Below, piece after piece: positions 10,250 through 22,683 of a stretch of 61,517 nt of DNA (position 1 is the stretch's first letter; the number at the start of each line of letters is the position of its first letter). Origin of the DNA: Craspedostauros australis (Eukaryota). Position numbers and translations under genes: made by a program. The notes below the pieces were generated by a model. That model worked only from the letters and a program-made list of their open reading frames with translations. It ran no database searches and was not told the DNA's origin. The stretch lies in NCBI GenBank assembly GCA_030167865.1, contig JALAGF010000406.1:1-61517 (forward strand), given 5' to 3'.

Positions 10250-11119
10250 ATGCTCGGCAAGCGCTCCCTCGTGGTTTGCCTCGCCCTGCTGTCCAGCATG
10301 TCGGGCGTCGATGCCTTCGCGGCACGTGCGCCAGCCTCCACCAGCAGCATCAGCAGCCCAGCCACCACGGATGCCGCATCCTCGGTCGAATCCACCATGC
10401 CAGCCTTCGTCCAAAACAGAAACCCAATCTCTCCAGAAGCCATGCGCTCCGCACCAACCCTCCCAAGGGCAGCCACCACCCCTAGCATGGCCAGCGCCCG
10501 CGGTCTGTTCACCAGAAAGAGCCGCCATGCCTCCAACCTTGCGCAGGCCCCACCGGCGCCACAGCAGCGATCGCCATTCGCAGATGCCGAGCAGTCGGTC
10601 ACATCGCACGCCGACTGGATGGAGCTACTGCACGGAAACCCGGACTACCTTGAGGACGAGATCACGGTCGTCAAGTTCCACGCCTCGTGGTGCCAGTCCT
10701 GCAAGAGGCTCAACCACCAGTGGCAGGGCAAGGTCCTGCGCAAGTACGCCGGTATGGATGGAATCGCATCACCGACGGAGGGCAAGAACACCTTCAAGTT
10801 CGCCTCAGTCGAGTTCGGAAAGAACAAGCAGCTCTGCGAGTCGCTGGGCATCAACAAGCTCCCCACCGTCAAGTACTTCTACAAGGGCCAGCTGCTGTCA
10901 TCGCTGACCGGCGGCGCAAAGAAGATGCCACAGTATACCGACGCCTTCGAGACCTACCAAGCAGCAACGCCATCCGATCTCCAGTTCGAGGTCGACCTGC
11001 AGGCACGCAAGGCGTCGCTGCAGGAAGCAATGGCCACCAGCGCCGATAGCCAAGACCAGCAGCAGCCAAAGCAGAAGGTGTCTCTCAAGGAGCGCCTCAG
11101 CGCCAAGATCAACGCATAA
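10250..11119 (+). CDS. Thioredoxin-domain protein, probably plastid-targeted (start could be ATG 10196 or 10211)
   Basis: VVKFHASWCQSCKRL active site, FASVEF, LGINKLPTVKYF. Signal peptide MLGKRSLVVCLALLSSMSGVDA-FA followed by an S/T/A/R-rich transit-like region. Confidence 0.85.
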   Translation: MLGKRSLVVCLALLSSMSGVDAFAARAPASTSSISSPATTDAASSVESTMPAFVQNRNPISPEAMRSAPTLPRAATTPSMASARGLFTRKSRHASNLAQAPPAPQQRSPFADAEQSVTSHADWMELLHGNPDYLEDEITVVKFHASWCQSCKRLNHQWQGKVLRKYAGMDGIASPTEGKNTFKFASVEFGKNKQLCESLGINKLPTVKYFYKGQLLSSLTGGAKKMPQYTDAFETYQAATPSDLQFEVDLQARKASLQEAMATSADSQDQQQPKQKVSLKERLSAKINA

Positions 11120-11650
11120 ACACCATCAGCGCTGCCATGCCATGCGATGCGATGCTCAAGAGAAGCAACACAACCTCACCAATCATTTTTGCCCAACACT
11201 CATACTCGATACCATAAACAACATAGAACAATCCATTTTCGAACGCTACAGACAAACGTACCCAGAGTACACCATGCTCACTTCATGACCTGAACCATAC
11301 TACTATGCATGTCGGTACTTCACTTGGTGGGTCGATGTTGAAGTTCGCACACTCCGTTGAGTTGCTCCAAAGCGAAATACGAGCCAGAGCAGGGATTGCA
11401 TTGGATGCCACTCTCGTCTTGCCTTCGCATAGTTTGAGGCGTCGACGGGTTATCTTCGACGCACCTTCGCCCCTGTGATTTTGAAGCCAGGGCAGATGGG
11501 GGTGACTGTGTCCAGTGCCGGTTTGGACGGAGAACATTGATGTCCGTATCCGTCGAAGATCAATCACCTTGGGTGGCCATGATGCGAGTGCAGTATTGGG
11601 AGCGTCTGTATTGTACAGTACGCTACCTCTCTGTCTCTTCCTCTCGAAAG

Positions 11651-11689
<39 letters not shown>
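11651..11689 (+). repeat. (AGAT)n microsatellite
   Basis: About 9 perfect units. Confidence 0.95.
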
Positions 11690-11928
11690 GAAGCACTTAT
11701 CTGCAGCGATGATGGAGTACGAATAGAGTGCAGCAATGATCGAGCTAAACATGGCGCCAGTAGCACAGCTATGCAAATGCACACTGCGTTCATAAGTAGA
11801 ATAGTTCTATTTCGTTGTAATGTTAGGGGTCGCCGCATGAGTGCAACCTTCCAGACGGCGGCATCATGCTTTCTTGGAGTTCTATTATCGTATACCCCCA
11901 CCCCTCATCATCAGCATCGCCATCAGCA

Positions 11929-13194
11929 TCAAGAGCGCCGGCAGCAACCGCAAAGATCAAAGTCGGGACAGAGCTGCTGCTTGCCGCACCAGCAAAGCTG
12001 GCAGCAGAGAATGAAGGACAGTATGAAGACGGCGATCAACGGGGCGGGGCTCGATTGTTCGTCGTAAACATCGAGTTCGTCGCGCGTGCCCGAGCTGCCC
12101 GTCCCTTCCTGCAGCACGATGTCGTCATCCTCCTCGTACGTGCAGGCATGACACGTGAAGGGGCATTGCACCCAAGCCTCGTGATCCCTCTTGCAGTATA
12201 CATCAACCGCTTTGTCGCGGATCCAGTCGCAGCGACGGAATCGGTGCCACCAGTCGGTGTACAGGGCACCCGCAAAGTCCCGACAAACATCACCTTCCTC
12301 GACCCGGATTGGATTGATGGTATCGTCGACGACGACGGGGCATGGGGTGTCGGGATTGGCAGGCGAGGTTTCGAAGCGGCAGATCATGGAGTCGATCCAT
12401 GGCTTGGCGTAGGCCGTATCCGCGTACACACCCGCCGTCGTCTGGCTCGCGCATTCTTCACCGAACGACACGACACCGACTTGCAGATCCTCAGCGGGAG
12501 TGGTACCCAGAACCATGAGAGGTCCGCCGGAGTCGCCCTGACAGGAGTCCTGGTTGAGATCCGAGGCGCACACCATGCTCTTGCGATGCAACGCGCCGCG
12601 ATACTGCTCGTCGCAGTCCTTGTCATCCACGACCTTGAGCTCCACCTCCTGCAGGAAATCGGCGACAGGGCCGTCCGTGAAGATGGCACCCAAGCCGATG
12701 ACCGTGACGGAATCGCCCAAGTCCAGCAGCTCCCGCTTCTCATTGATCTTGAGCACGGCAGGCTCCAAACGCTCCGGCACAGGGTCGATCTGCAGCAACG
12801 CGATGTCGTTGGTCGTCGTCCAGTCGCTGTAGGCAGGATGCGGGATGACGCGCTTGATCTTGGAGACGTGCTCCCCTGTCTCATCCACCGTCAAGGCGCC
12901 GACGGAGACGGACATGATGGCTTTCTCGCGGTCCGATGGTGCGCAGTGCGCTGCCGTCAGCACGAACTCCTTGTGGATCAGCGAACCGCCGCAGCCGAAC
13001 GCGCCATTGAAGTCAAGCCGCACGTAATAGGGATAGCGGTCGGGCTGCACATCGTTGCCGTTGACGATCAGGCTGCGACCAAAAGGGAATTCCTCTGAAG
13101 TCTTGCGGCCGTGCATTGCAGTTGCTGGAGCCGCAGCGAGGACGACGGATGGCGTGGCCAGCGCGGCTGCCGCCGTGAGTATTGAGAGTCTCAT
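11929..13194 (-). CDS. Trypsin-like S1A serine protease with ShKT-like module and C-terminal TM helix
   Basis: Signal MRLSILTAAAALA; mature start IVNG; triad motifs LTAAHC, NDIALL, DSCQGDSGGPL; six-Cys module ending CPFTCHAC; TM LIAVFILSFILCC. Confidence 0.92.
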   Translation of the reverse strand: MRLSILTAAAALATPSVVLAAAPATAMHGRKTSEEFPFGRSLIVNGNDVQPDRYPYYVRLDFNGAFGCGGSLIHKEFVLTAAHCAPSDREKAIMSVSVGALTVDETGEHVSKIKRVIPHPAYSDWTTTNDIALLQIDPVPERLEPAVLKINEKRELLDLGDSVTVIGLGAIFTDGPVADFLQEVELKVVDDKDCDEQYRGALHRKSMVCASDLNQDSCQGDSGGPLMVLGTTPAEDLQVGVVSFGEECASQTTAGVYADTAYAKPWIDSMICRFETSPANPDTPCPVVVDDTINPIRVEEGDVCRDFAGALYTDWWHRFRRCDWIRDKAVDVYCKRDHEAWVQCPFTCHACTYEEDDDIVLQEGTGSSGTRDELDVYDEQSSPAPLIAVFILSFILCCQLCWCGKQQLCPDFDLCGCCRRS

Positions 13195-13946
13195 TGCTTT
13201 TGCTTGTGCTGTGAGTGCTTCAGTGCTGATTTGGGTGTTGCCTTTACCTTTTCTTGTGGAGCAGATATCGTCGTCTCTCTTCACGAGTCCTTTGTGGTTG
13301 GTCTCAATGGTGTTCGTCGTTTTGTTGTGTTTGGTTGTTGCAGCACAGAACAATGATCCTCGTCGTACGTACTTTTGTTGCTTCGATGTCTGTGCCAGTT
13401 TTGGATTGTGAGACGAAATGGCAATCTTGTGTCACCAGAATACCCAAACGTTCCGAAACGCGGGAAAAGTACATTTCCAACACAATCCCACCGTTCGCCA
13501 ATCCCAGCGAACTCACGAATCGCCTGCGACATCGATGGCGATACCAGCGAAGACCACGAATCACGCTCACAAGTATTGTTCGTGATTCTATACCTCAGTC
13601 ATGACTACTATGGTCGAATCTGTCGACTTTGTGCACTTCGTTGATTGAACGCACCGAGCCAGTCCCGATCTTCAATGAGCAAGTTTCGAGTGACGTCAAG
13701 ACGTCGGCATCAATTCCACAAACACAAAACGCCTCACACAGATCCAATTGGAGACGATACGACATACACCATTACACCATCAACGAGACATCAGTGTTGT
13801 TGCTGCGGTTCCACACTTCTTGCTTTCGCGTCGATACAGCGACACTTGAGATCGTGTCCTCCAGCCTTACTACTCTGCTCTGCTGTATTCTGCTCTTGAC
13901 CACGCTTCATTCCGCCGCTATCGAAAGGAAGGCTTTGGATATTGCA

Positions 13947-15512
13947 ATGAACACAGCTGGTTCAAGCATTGTCGCGGTCACGCTGATGATGATGATGATG
14001 ATGATGACCACGATGACGATGATGGCGCGGACGGCAGCATCCTTTACACCAAGCTGCAGCATGTGCACCGCCAGTCCGAGGAGACTGCAGTTGAGACGGA
14101 CGATCACGACCACGACCATGACCCCTCCCATTCCTCGCTTGGTTCCGAAAGTTCGGACGCCAACGACATCGACATGCCTCTCCATGAGCTCCTCATCCTC
14201 CACGGAAGCGCAGAAGACGCTGGCGGAAGGGTCGCACGTTGCTGAAATGGAAGTCAAGAAGAGCCGCTTCATCGGATACGCAAAGCACGTGGAGGATTGG
14301 CAGCAGGCGCAGGCCTACATCGAGGAGGTCAAACGGGAGCATCCCAAGGGGAGGCACTGGTGCTACGGCTTCGCATGCGGAGTCAATCCGGTGTCCGAAC
14401 GGTGCTCGGATGATGGTGAACCCACAGGGACTGCGGGCGTTCCCATACTCGGTGCGTTGTTGGATGCAGCTGCTTGCATGTGTGCCTGTTCTTGGAGGCA
14501 GATGGATGGGCAGGTGGCTGGGTCGAATGCATGGCTCGAGCGAATAGAACGAGTGGATGAAATGCAAGCACGGCTTCATTCTTTTGATGTGTGTTATTGT
14601 ACATGAGAAGTGGGATGGTCTGATACCACGAATTGCGCAAAACGATCATGCCAGCACTACATTGCTGTCGTTCGGAGCTCTTCAGAGCCATCGTATTAAC
14701 GCTACTTCTCGTCACTGAATGTTGGTTATGCACCCAACCAGAATTCCATTCATTCAATGCTCTGGCGCGTACAATTCCACACGTGCGCACTTGTCTCACA
14801 CTCACTGTCGCTATTTGCGTGCGTTGCTCTTGGCGAACCATTGGCTTGCGACTCTCGTCACGCGCAGGTGCCATCAAAGGGGAAGAGCTGTCGGACGTCG
14901 TCTGCGTTGTGGTGAGGTATTTTGGTAAGTTACGAATGCTCCATCCATCCGTGTTTGTGCGGCATTATTTGATGGTATTCTGCGGGCGCAGGTGAACTGG
15001 CACTGCCGCTGCAGGTGTTGGCGATCGTGAAAGGTTCACGCACTTGATGCGACACTCCTCGAATGCATCAAGTCGTCATGACGGCAATTCTGCGATGCTC
15101 TATTCGTCTTTCTATGACTACGTAACGTTGGATGCTCACCACCCCCATTGGTCTCAACATCTTCGACGCCTGCTGCTCTGTACTGTGCTGTGCCGCACTT
15201 CAAACAGGAGGTATCAAGTTGGGAGCCGGCGGCCTGATTCGAGCCTACGGTGGAGCGGCTCGGTTGGTCCTGCGCGAAGCCCCGGTCGATATCCTCATTC
15301 CAAAGTGCTCGATCCAGGTGAAGGTGGACGGGAGCTACGTTGGCGTGGTCTACGAGTGTGCCGCGAAGGTATCCGGCACGACCAGTTCGGAGGAATATGG
15401 TGCGGATGGTAGTTTGACGGTCACGATCACAGCGGACCTCGAATATCGCGAACGACTCCGAACCTCGCTGACAGACGGGACGAGAGGCAGCGCTCTCATC
15501 AACGATTCGTGA
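13947..15512 (+). CDS. IMPACT/YigZ (UPF0029) family protein; exons 13947-14451, 14868-14924, 15208-15512
   Basis: KKSRFIG, HWCYGF, SDDGEPTGTAGVPIL and VVRYFGGIKLGAGGLIRAY are rebuilt across two phase-1 GT-AG introns. N-terminal signal plus AAS-F motif. Confidence 0.9.
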
Positions 15513-16926
15513 GCCTGAGTCAAGCCAAGGCGGGGATGATGATGGCAGCCATGGGAGTCATTGATATGGTGCGAGGGTGGTGATGATCATGGTCAACGCA
15601 TAGCCAGACCAAACGAGGATTTCATGGCTTGTACAGCGGCGTTCCATGCGATGTATTTTCCCTGTATAGTCCACCACGACTCACATGGCGGACCATCGTT
15701 GGTGACAGCTCAAGTACAAGGCAAAGGACTTGTGCATCGAGCGGGGAATCGCCCACAAGTAGCCAGAAACAATGCTTCAAGCAAAGATGAAGGGTCATTG
15801 GCATTACGATGAAATCAACCAGCACCCTGGTGACGCGAGACAGAAACACTTTGCCACGATTCAAGTCCATGAAGATGAACATGAGCATGGAAACGAACTC
15901 GATCCAGTGAGTACTCGTCATGATTGCTTCTGGTACCGGTGTTCGAAGGCTGGCACCGTCATTCTGTTGAGGCTCTGTCGAGGCCAGACGTTTGTGCGCT
16001 CGATCTGATCGCGAGAAGTCCGAGTACAGTATCGTTTTATTCTTCACCAAGACATCTCTTGCTATCTCCTTCCGTTCTGGTGCCTCTTCCAAAATCACAC
16101 GGATGTATGTGATACACGAAAGACTGAGGTTAACGAGCATGATGCCCTCCAACGCTCTGCTTGACTCGCGTCGCACCGGTACAAAGAGAGCAGGAGCACC
16201 AACACTCGCACAAGCAGAAGACAAAGATGGAATCCAATTGAAAGTGGAGAGCAGGCCCATCAGCAAAGGTCAACCATCCCAGCGCTCCGACGACACCATT
16301 CTACACACTCTACCATGCTTGGCATGAAGATGACAGGCCGCGGACGCTTTATCCTCAGAATGCGGTTTCATTCCAAGCAACCTCAAAGGGTGTGGCAGGT
16401 CATCAACGACGCCGAAGATTCAAGAAGATCTGCGTCAGCAACAGAGTTTACTTTCGTTGGGTCCTCACGAAGGACACGTATAGTACGTACTTAGTAACAC
16501 ATCATCACAGAATGTCTGGTGACTTCGGCGAGGCAGCTGCACGGATGACGTGTTGTGCACACATTCCGACGCGAAAAGGCACCAATCCTTCACAATCCCC
16601 AAAATGAAACAACAACACCAGACCAGCCCAAGAGAGTTCAACAAATCCAACAGGCGGTAATCAACAACTTCCAACATCCACGCCCGTGGCAACTATGTAG
16701 AACAAGGCAAACCTCAACTCGGTATCAAGGATCACTCGAAGAGGATTGTTTGGTATCCGTGGCCACGCCATGCACACGTATACGCGCACAGCGGCTATCC
16801 GCGTTGTCGCAGGACCGTAGTTGCCGCCGCACGTCCCCATCACAAACTTCATCATCATCATCACTGCCATCACCATCGTTTCCAACAACAACAGCAAGAC
16901 CAAACTACGCTGATAATACTCGTACA

Positions 16927-18519
16927 ATGGGGTTCTCCGACAATCAGCAGATTGCACTGGTCGTCTCAGCGGCAGTGGCTGGATCGCTCTCCATCCTGGG
17001 ATCGTTGGCAATCCTCTACCTCATCCTGTCAGACTGGGATAACAAGTTCACCAAAGTGAAGTATCGTTTCCTGTTCGGATTGAGCGTGGGCGATATCTTT
17101 GCCTCGTCGGTCTATGTTTTGTGGAATGCACCAGCACCTGCAGACACACCTGGCGTTTGGGGCGCCATGGGAAATGACATGACGTGCTCCGCGTAAGGCT
17201 TCTTCTTTCAGCTCTCGATGGTGGGGACGGTCTACAACGGTGCCCTCTCCCATTTCTTCTACAAGTCCATCTGCCAAGGTATCACTGACGACGACTACTA
17301 CTACCAAGGATGGGAGCTCATGTGGCATCTGTTGGCCGTCGGCTTTCCCTGCATCTCGGCCCTGCTTGGCGTCGCGATGGGCGTCATGAACCATTCCAGT
17401 TTTGGATGTTGGATTGCGCCGCATCCATCCGACTGCGTGCACAACGATGAAGTGGATTGCATCCGTGGGGAGAAAGCCTTCCTCGTGGGATGGTTCTTCG
17501 TAGGTATTCCGTGCCTCATCATCGTTGGAATCATCGCGTACTGCATGTGGAAGATCCAGGTCGAGGTTGGCGAGGCCGCCAGAGCTCATAACGAAGGATC
17601 ACAATTGGAACGGGAAGGCGGTGCTCGTTTCTCGCAGTCCCCACAGCGCAGTGAGAAGTCAGAACAGCCAAAGTCACGGTCAGAGTCCACGAAGACGAAA
17701 TGGCGAGGAGGGAAGCAGCATCAAGGAGATCTGGATGAAGCGACGCAGTCAAATGAACAAGGCGATCCCACTATGGAAACTCTCCCACAAAACGAGTCAT
17801 TCCAGCGATTGTCCGCCACATCCAAGACAAGCCACAAACGCGCCTCCGGGAGGGTGAGTATGGATGGATCCGTTGGCTCATATCCGACTCCACAGCCGCA
17901 AGCGTCAACGCCAGCGACGGCGACTGCTATCATCGACGAACCTTCGAAGTCAGGTACAATCCAACGCCCTGCTACGCACACAAGAGCAGCCCCGCAGATG
18001 GATGATCCGAAAACAACAGACTCAACGTCGCAGTTGCTGACATCATCGTCATGTGCATCCACCTCCGATGGTATCGTCACTGAGAAGCGGTGGTCAGAGT
18101 CGGCGGATGGCGCAAATCGTGCCACAGCTGATGGAAGAAGCAACGCAGACAGCGTCGTGAACCATGCCGCGGATCGGTCTGTGAATGGCGTTCAGCAGCG
18201 CGTGGCGGAGGTTGCGCGGCAGGCCTATTGGTACATCGGCATCTACGTCGCGACGCACATGTTCGGATTCCTCGCCTACAATCTCTACATGAACGGCATC
18301 GATCCGCCATTCGTCAGCATCTGGCTGTACATCATCTCATGGCCTTTGCAAGGATTTGCCAACTTCTTCGTCTTCATTCGACCGCGCGTCGTCGTCCTCC
18401 GAAATCGCTTTCCTTCACTCTCTCGGACGCGCGCCATGTACCTCGCGCTATTCCGCTACGACGGGATGGTCGACCCTGCATCTGCATCATCTCGCGTAGA
18501 AAGCGAGACGAGCAAATAG
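16927..18519 (+). pseudogene. 7TM GPCR (GCR1/cAR/Git3-like) interrupted by an in-frame TAA at 17194-17196
   Basis: TM1 GSLSILGSLAILYLIL; TCSA*GFFFQL; YNGALS; GCWIAP; long third intracellular loop; VARQAYWY; WPLQGFANFFVFIRPR. Both halves are in the same frame. Confidence 0.8.
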
Positions 18520-19682
18520 ATGGGCGAGCATCAGAAAGAACAGGACCAGGAACAATTGCGACAACCATGGAGGAAACGGAGGCAACGGCGAAGCGGCGGC
18601 GAAATGAATGATCACAATGTAATGTTCACACAATCAGCAAGGAAGTCGGTGACAGGAGTGAAGGAGGAGCGGTAGGGAATGTTTCTGACTGTCGCCCGTC
18701 CCCTTGGAGCATGCACCCTTTTGAATTCGTGGTACCGCGACAAACATCACGGGATGCAGCGAACAGATAGGAGAGAAACCAAAGTTAACATTGAAGCCAC
18801 AACCACCAAGGAGGTCACAACGCTCTTTCGCAGTATTCTCTCGAAGAGCAAAAGCGACCTAACGCATCGATTGAAACGATCGTGTCTGCGTATCCGCACA
18901 AGAGTACTTTGCAGCAACCAGCTGCAATGCGCTCCGGCTTCCCGAACAACAACAACTTCGTTTTCGGTTCTAGGCGCAGTTTGTCTTTTTAGTTTCTCCG
19001 ATTTTCGTTCTCGCTGATCGATGCCATTTGGCATTCATTACATATTCTACCGTATCTCCCTGAAGAGCGAAGCACATTTGGCACGATTGATTGTTCCCAG
19101 TCGTGTCAGTGGTCAATGGCACGTTTGACGTGTTTTTTGTCAACAGTCATCACGCTATAGTCTACCATCTAAAGCTAGGTACAATTTCTGAACTCCGGCT
19201 CGGCATCGCCGCAAACAACAACACCAAGACCGTCCGAACCTTGCGACAGACATTCGAGTGGCAGACGTGTGTGCGCATGTACTTTCTGTCGCAGTACGGT
19301 ACGAGCACGATGATGCCTTGATTGCACCATACTGCTCGCCGTTCACACGGATGGACACAGCCACTCTACTCTCGGAGACGAAGAAGCAAATACGCTCGCA
19401 CGTGCCCAGCATCACAAGCAGGCGCATTCTCTGTGACATTGTTCATTTGCAGCATGCAAGATACCACGCTACAATCCATCCACCCGCCCAGCAGAGGAGA
19501 ATGAGTGCGATCGAGCGGAGGATGTTGTTCATGTTTGATGGCTATTCCATTCGCGTTTGCGTTCTCATTGCTGCAGGATGGCTGTTGCAGCTTCAGATGG
19601 ACGTATACATGTACGGGTACTCTGCATCAAATGAACATCACTCCTGTTGTCGTCACCATAATTGATCGATCGTCGCACGGGC

Positions 19683-22600
19683 CTATTGCAGCTGATCCTC
19701 AAGGTATGAGTACTCGAAGCGAAAATCCTGTTTGATGCGCGTACACCAACCGGTCTCGTAATCAAAGTACACGTACGTGCCCTGTTCGTATTCATCTGTC
19801 GTCACGTTTGGCTCTTCGTGGCGTTGGAACCACGTCATGTACTTCTTGTGGAATCTCCATGACTGTTTCTTCAGCTCGCGCGCCGCCAGGTACTGTTGGT
19901 ACGTCCCCTGAGCGTAGTAGAAGATGAAGAACAAGCAATCCGTGCCCAATTTCTCAAACACGGCAGGGTTTTCAAAGATGCTGGAAGGAGCAGCCGGGTA
20001 GCTCGAGTGCGTGGCGTAGGGATTCTGCGGGGTGTAATGGCGGCCGCGTTCCGAATCCGAACCCGTTGGCATCGTAGCGAACGACTCGTTCAGTGCTTTC
20101 AGGTACGACGAGGACTGCGTCACAGCTGCAGCCGCGGCCGCCGCTGTATCTGCGTAGTTCGATGCGCCGCCTGGTGCCTGTCCTTTGCCTGTCGCACCAA
20201 CCATTCCCTGGGTTGCTGTCGGGTTGATTCCCAGACCAAGACCTCCAAGGCTGGACACAAGTCCCTCGAGTCCAACAGCAGCATTGAGAGCTGCCGCATT
20301 GTTTGCACCTGGCGCAGCACCAATTCCACTGAGCTTGCTTGCTTCCGCGGCCTTCTCCTGTTGCTGTTGTTGCTGTTGCAGTGCCGCGGATGCTTGCTGC
20401 TGCTGCTGTTGCCTCTGTTGTTGTTGCTGCTGCCGTTGTTGCTGTTTTCGCAATGCTTCCTGCTGAGCAGCTACCTGTTGTGCTTGCTGTTGTTGTTGCT
20501 TTTGCAGCGCCTCTTGCTTGGCGGCGGCAGCGGCTGCTGCTGCTTCCTGCTGCTGACGCAAAGCCGCAGCTTCCTCTTGCTGTTTCCTCAACAGCGCTTC
20601 CTGCTGGCGCTGCAATTGCTGCTGGCGCAGTTGTTCTGCCTGTCGAGCCTGTGCATTGAGAACGGAGTTTGTTATGAGCGTGGTTGTAGCGTGCGTATAT
20701 GCGTGTGTGTATGCGTGTGTGAGATAGATGGATAGAGAGAAAGAGCAATAGGGTGTATCGTACGTACCCAAGACAGAAGTCAAGTTGTGAGTTGATCATT
20801 CGCCATTCCGTATCAGCGCATGTTGCCAAAGAGCAATCGTAATACTGCATGATCGAAATTGTATGACCACAAAGAATGCTTCACCTGATCACCGATGCTG
20901 CGCTGTGAACAAACCCAATCACATCGGACAAATGAATCAACGATCATTGCACGCCGACGCACCTTCTGCCGTTCCTTTTCTTGCTGCTCCGATTCTCGTT
21001 TCAGGATCGCCGCCATGGATGTGCCAGAACCGACGTTGCTGGATGCGCTTGCCAGCACGGGTGTCGGACGCGCGGCTGGGATCGTGGTAGGTGTCGGTGT
21101 GCTTGAGCTGGGTCCAGATCGATTCTTGGACGGCGTGCCTGATGCGGCGCTGCTGTTGGAACCCTTGCCTCCGCTGGTGGATGAATCTACGCTCTTGTCA
21201 TCGTTCGTGTGGTTGCTGTGCGAGTTGTTGCTGGAATGGCCGCCGCTCTTGGACTTTGTGGTTCGGGCGCGGCCGATGGTGAGGGGGATGATGCTGCTGG
21301 TGGACGACTTCTTGGACTTGCTGCTGGATTTGGAACCCTTGGTGGATGCTTGCGATCCGGATTCCTCCTCCTTGATCTTCTTCGGTTGCTGCGCCACCGT
21401 GACTCTGTCGACATTGACAACGTCCATCTCGTTGAGACCCAGCTCGTCGTACATGTACTCCCCGTCGTACGCCTGCTGGTAGTCCGGGTCTTCGTAGCTT
21501 TCCAGGTAGTACTCGAGCTCGCCCTTAATGTCGGCGGTGTTGACGGTGTCCACCTTGAGTCTGTCGTTCATGACGAGTCGCATGATGCCCTCGAGCTTGT
21601 TGACGTGGAACTTGTGATTCATGACGTATCCGTTGTACTCCTCGATGATGTGCTTGTTGGTCTTCTTCCCCCTTCCAGAACTGAGCTTCTCGATCTCCAC
21701 CTCGCGATCCTCGATGAGCTGGTTGAGCTTGTCCACGAACTCCTGCATCCACTTGCAGGTGTTTCGCTTTGCGATCTCCGACGGATTGAGGCGTTCCGCG
21801 CGCGCCAGACCTTCCTTGCTGTAGGTCTTGGTCTTGGTGTCCTTCTCGCACACCTTGAACTGCTCCATCTTGGTCTCGATGAGCTTCCTGGCGTCGAGCA
21901 GCGGATCCTTGTCCTTGACATCGGAACTGCTGATCCATGACTTGATCTGATCTCGCAGCCGCTGCAGCTTCTTGATCTCCTTCTTGAGATCAGCCTCGTA
22001 CTTCTCCTTCTGGTTCTGCTGCTCAGCAGTGTACACCTTCTCCCAGATCTCATCGAAGAGCTCAACACCCTCGTCGACCTTCTTCATGGTCCGGTCGATC
22101 TCGGCTTCAATTGTTGATGCCGTTCATTGGTCAATTATGGCATAATACATCACGTTGTAACGTTGTGCAACATCGTGAATTGGAGTGTAGTGCAGTGCAG
22201 CGCAGCGCCGTGAAGTGTTTGTGATTGGTGAAAAGAAAAGACGGGCGTAAATCATGGTGGATGCAACAATTGTGAGTCCAAGAAGCGCACGCGATCAGCC
22301 AAACAAAGCAAAGCATTGCAAGGACGCATCTCGTATGGTAGTCCGAGAGGCGTTAGCATCTGGTGCACCTCACAATGGTCCTTTGTGGGATTTGTTGACA
22401 CACGCCCAGAAGTCAACACGCTGCCGTCCAATCACAATCACAATCACATGGAGCGTGCTGAACAGTCTAGCTGTCACGCTGATGCCTTCATCTGATAACG
22501 AGACATCCTTTGGTCAAGTACGGATCTTCCTTCGCACAACTCTCGCACGTCCCTTGCTGGTTTCGTTGCGCAGCCGAGTGCTCCACTCTATTGCGAAGTC

Positions 22601-22683
22601 GAGCTGGATGGAGAAGGGTGCTAACCACACCTTCAAAACGGTTGGTGGGTGAACTCACTTTGCAGTTTCCTGGCGTTCGACAT
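19683..22683 (-). CDS. NOT3: CCR4-NOT subunit 3; exons 22683-22659, 22104-20963, 20648-19683
   Basis: MSNARKLQTEIDRTMKKVDEG, QKEKYEADLKKEIKKLQRLRDQIKSW; NOT-box LFFIFYY, LKKQSWRFHKKYMTWFQRH, GTYVYFDYE; poly-Q/A linker; GT-AG introns join in frame. Confidence 0.95.

Noticed and set aside
11866-13098. 410-aa + strand ORF
   Set aside because: Antisense shadow of the trypsin gene; no motifs.
15622-16327. 214-aa - strand ORF and overlapping short ORFs
   Set aside because: No recognisable motif or coding-like bias; cannot support a gene call.
17193-17211. GTAAGG...TTTCAG as a micro-intron removing the GPCR stop
   Set aside because: 19 nt long, shifts frame, and deletes the conserved GFFxQ segment.
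19896-21940. Several long + strand Leu/Cys-rich ORFs
   Set aside because: Antisense to the NOT3 poly-Q and coding regions.
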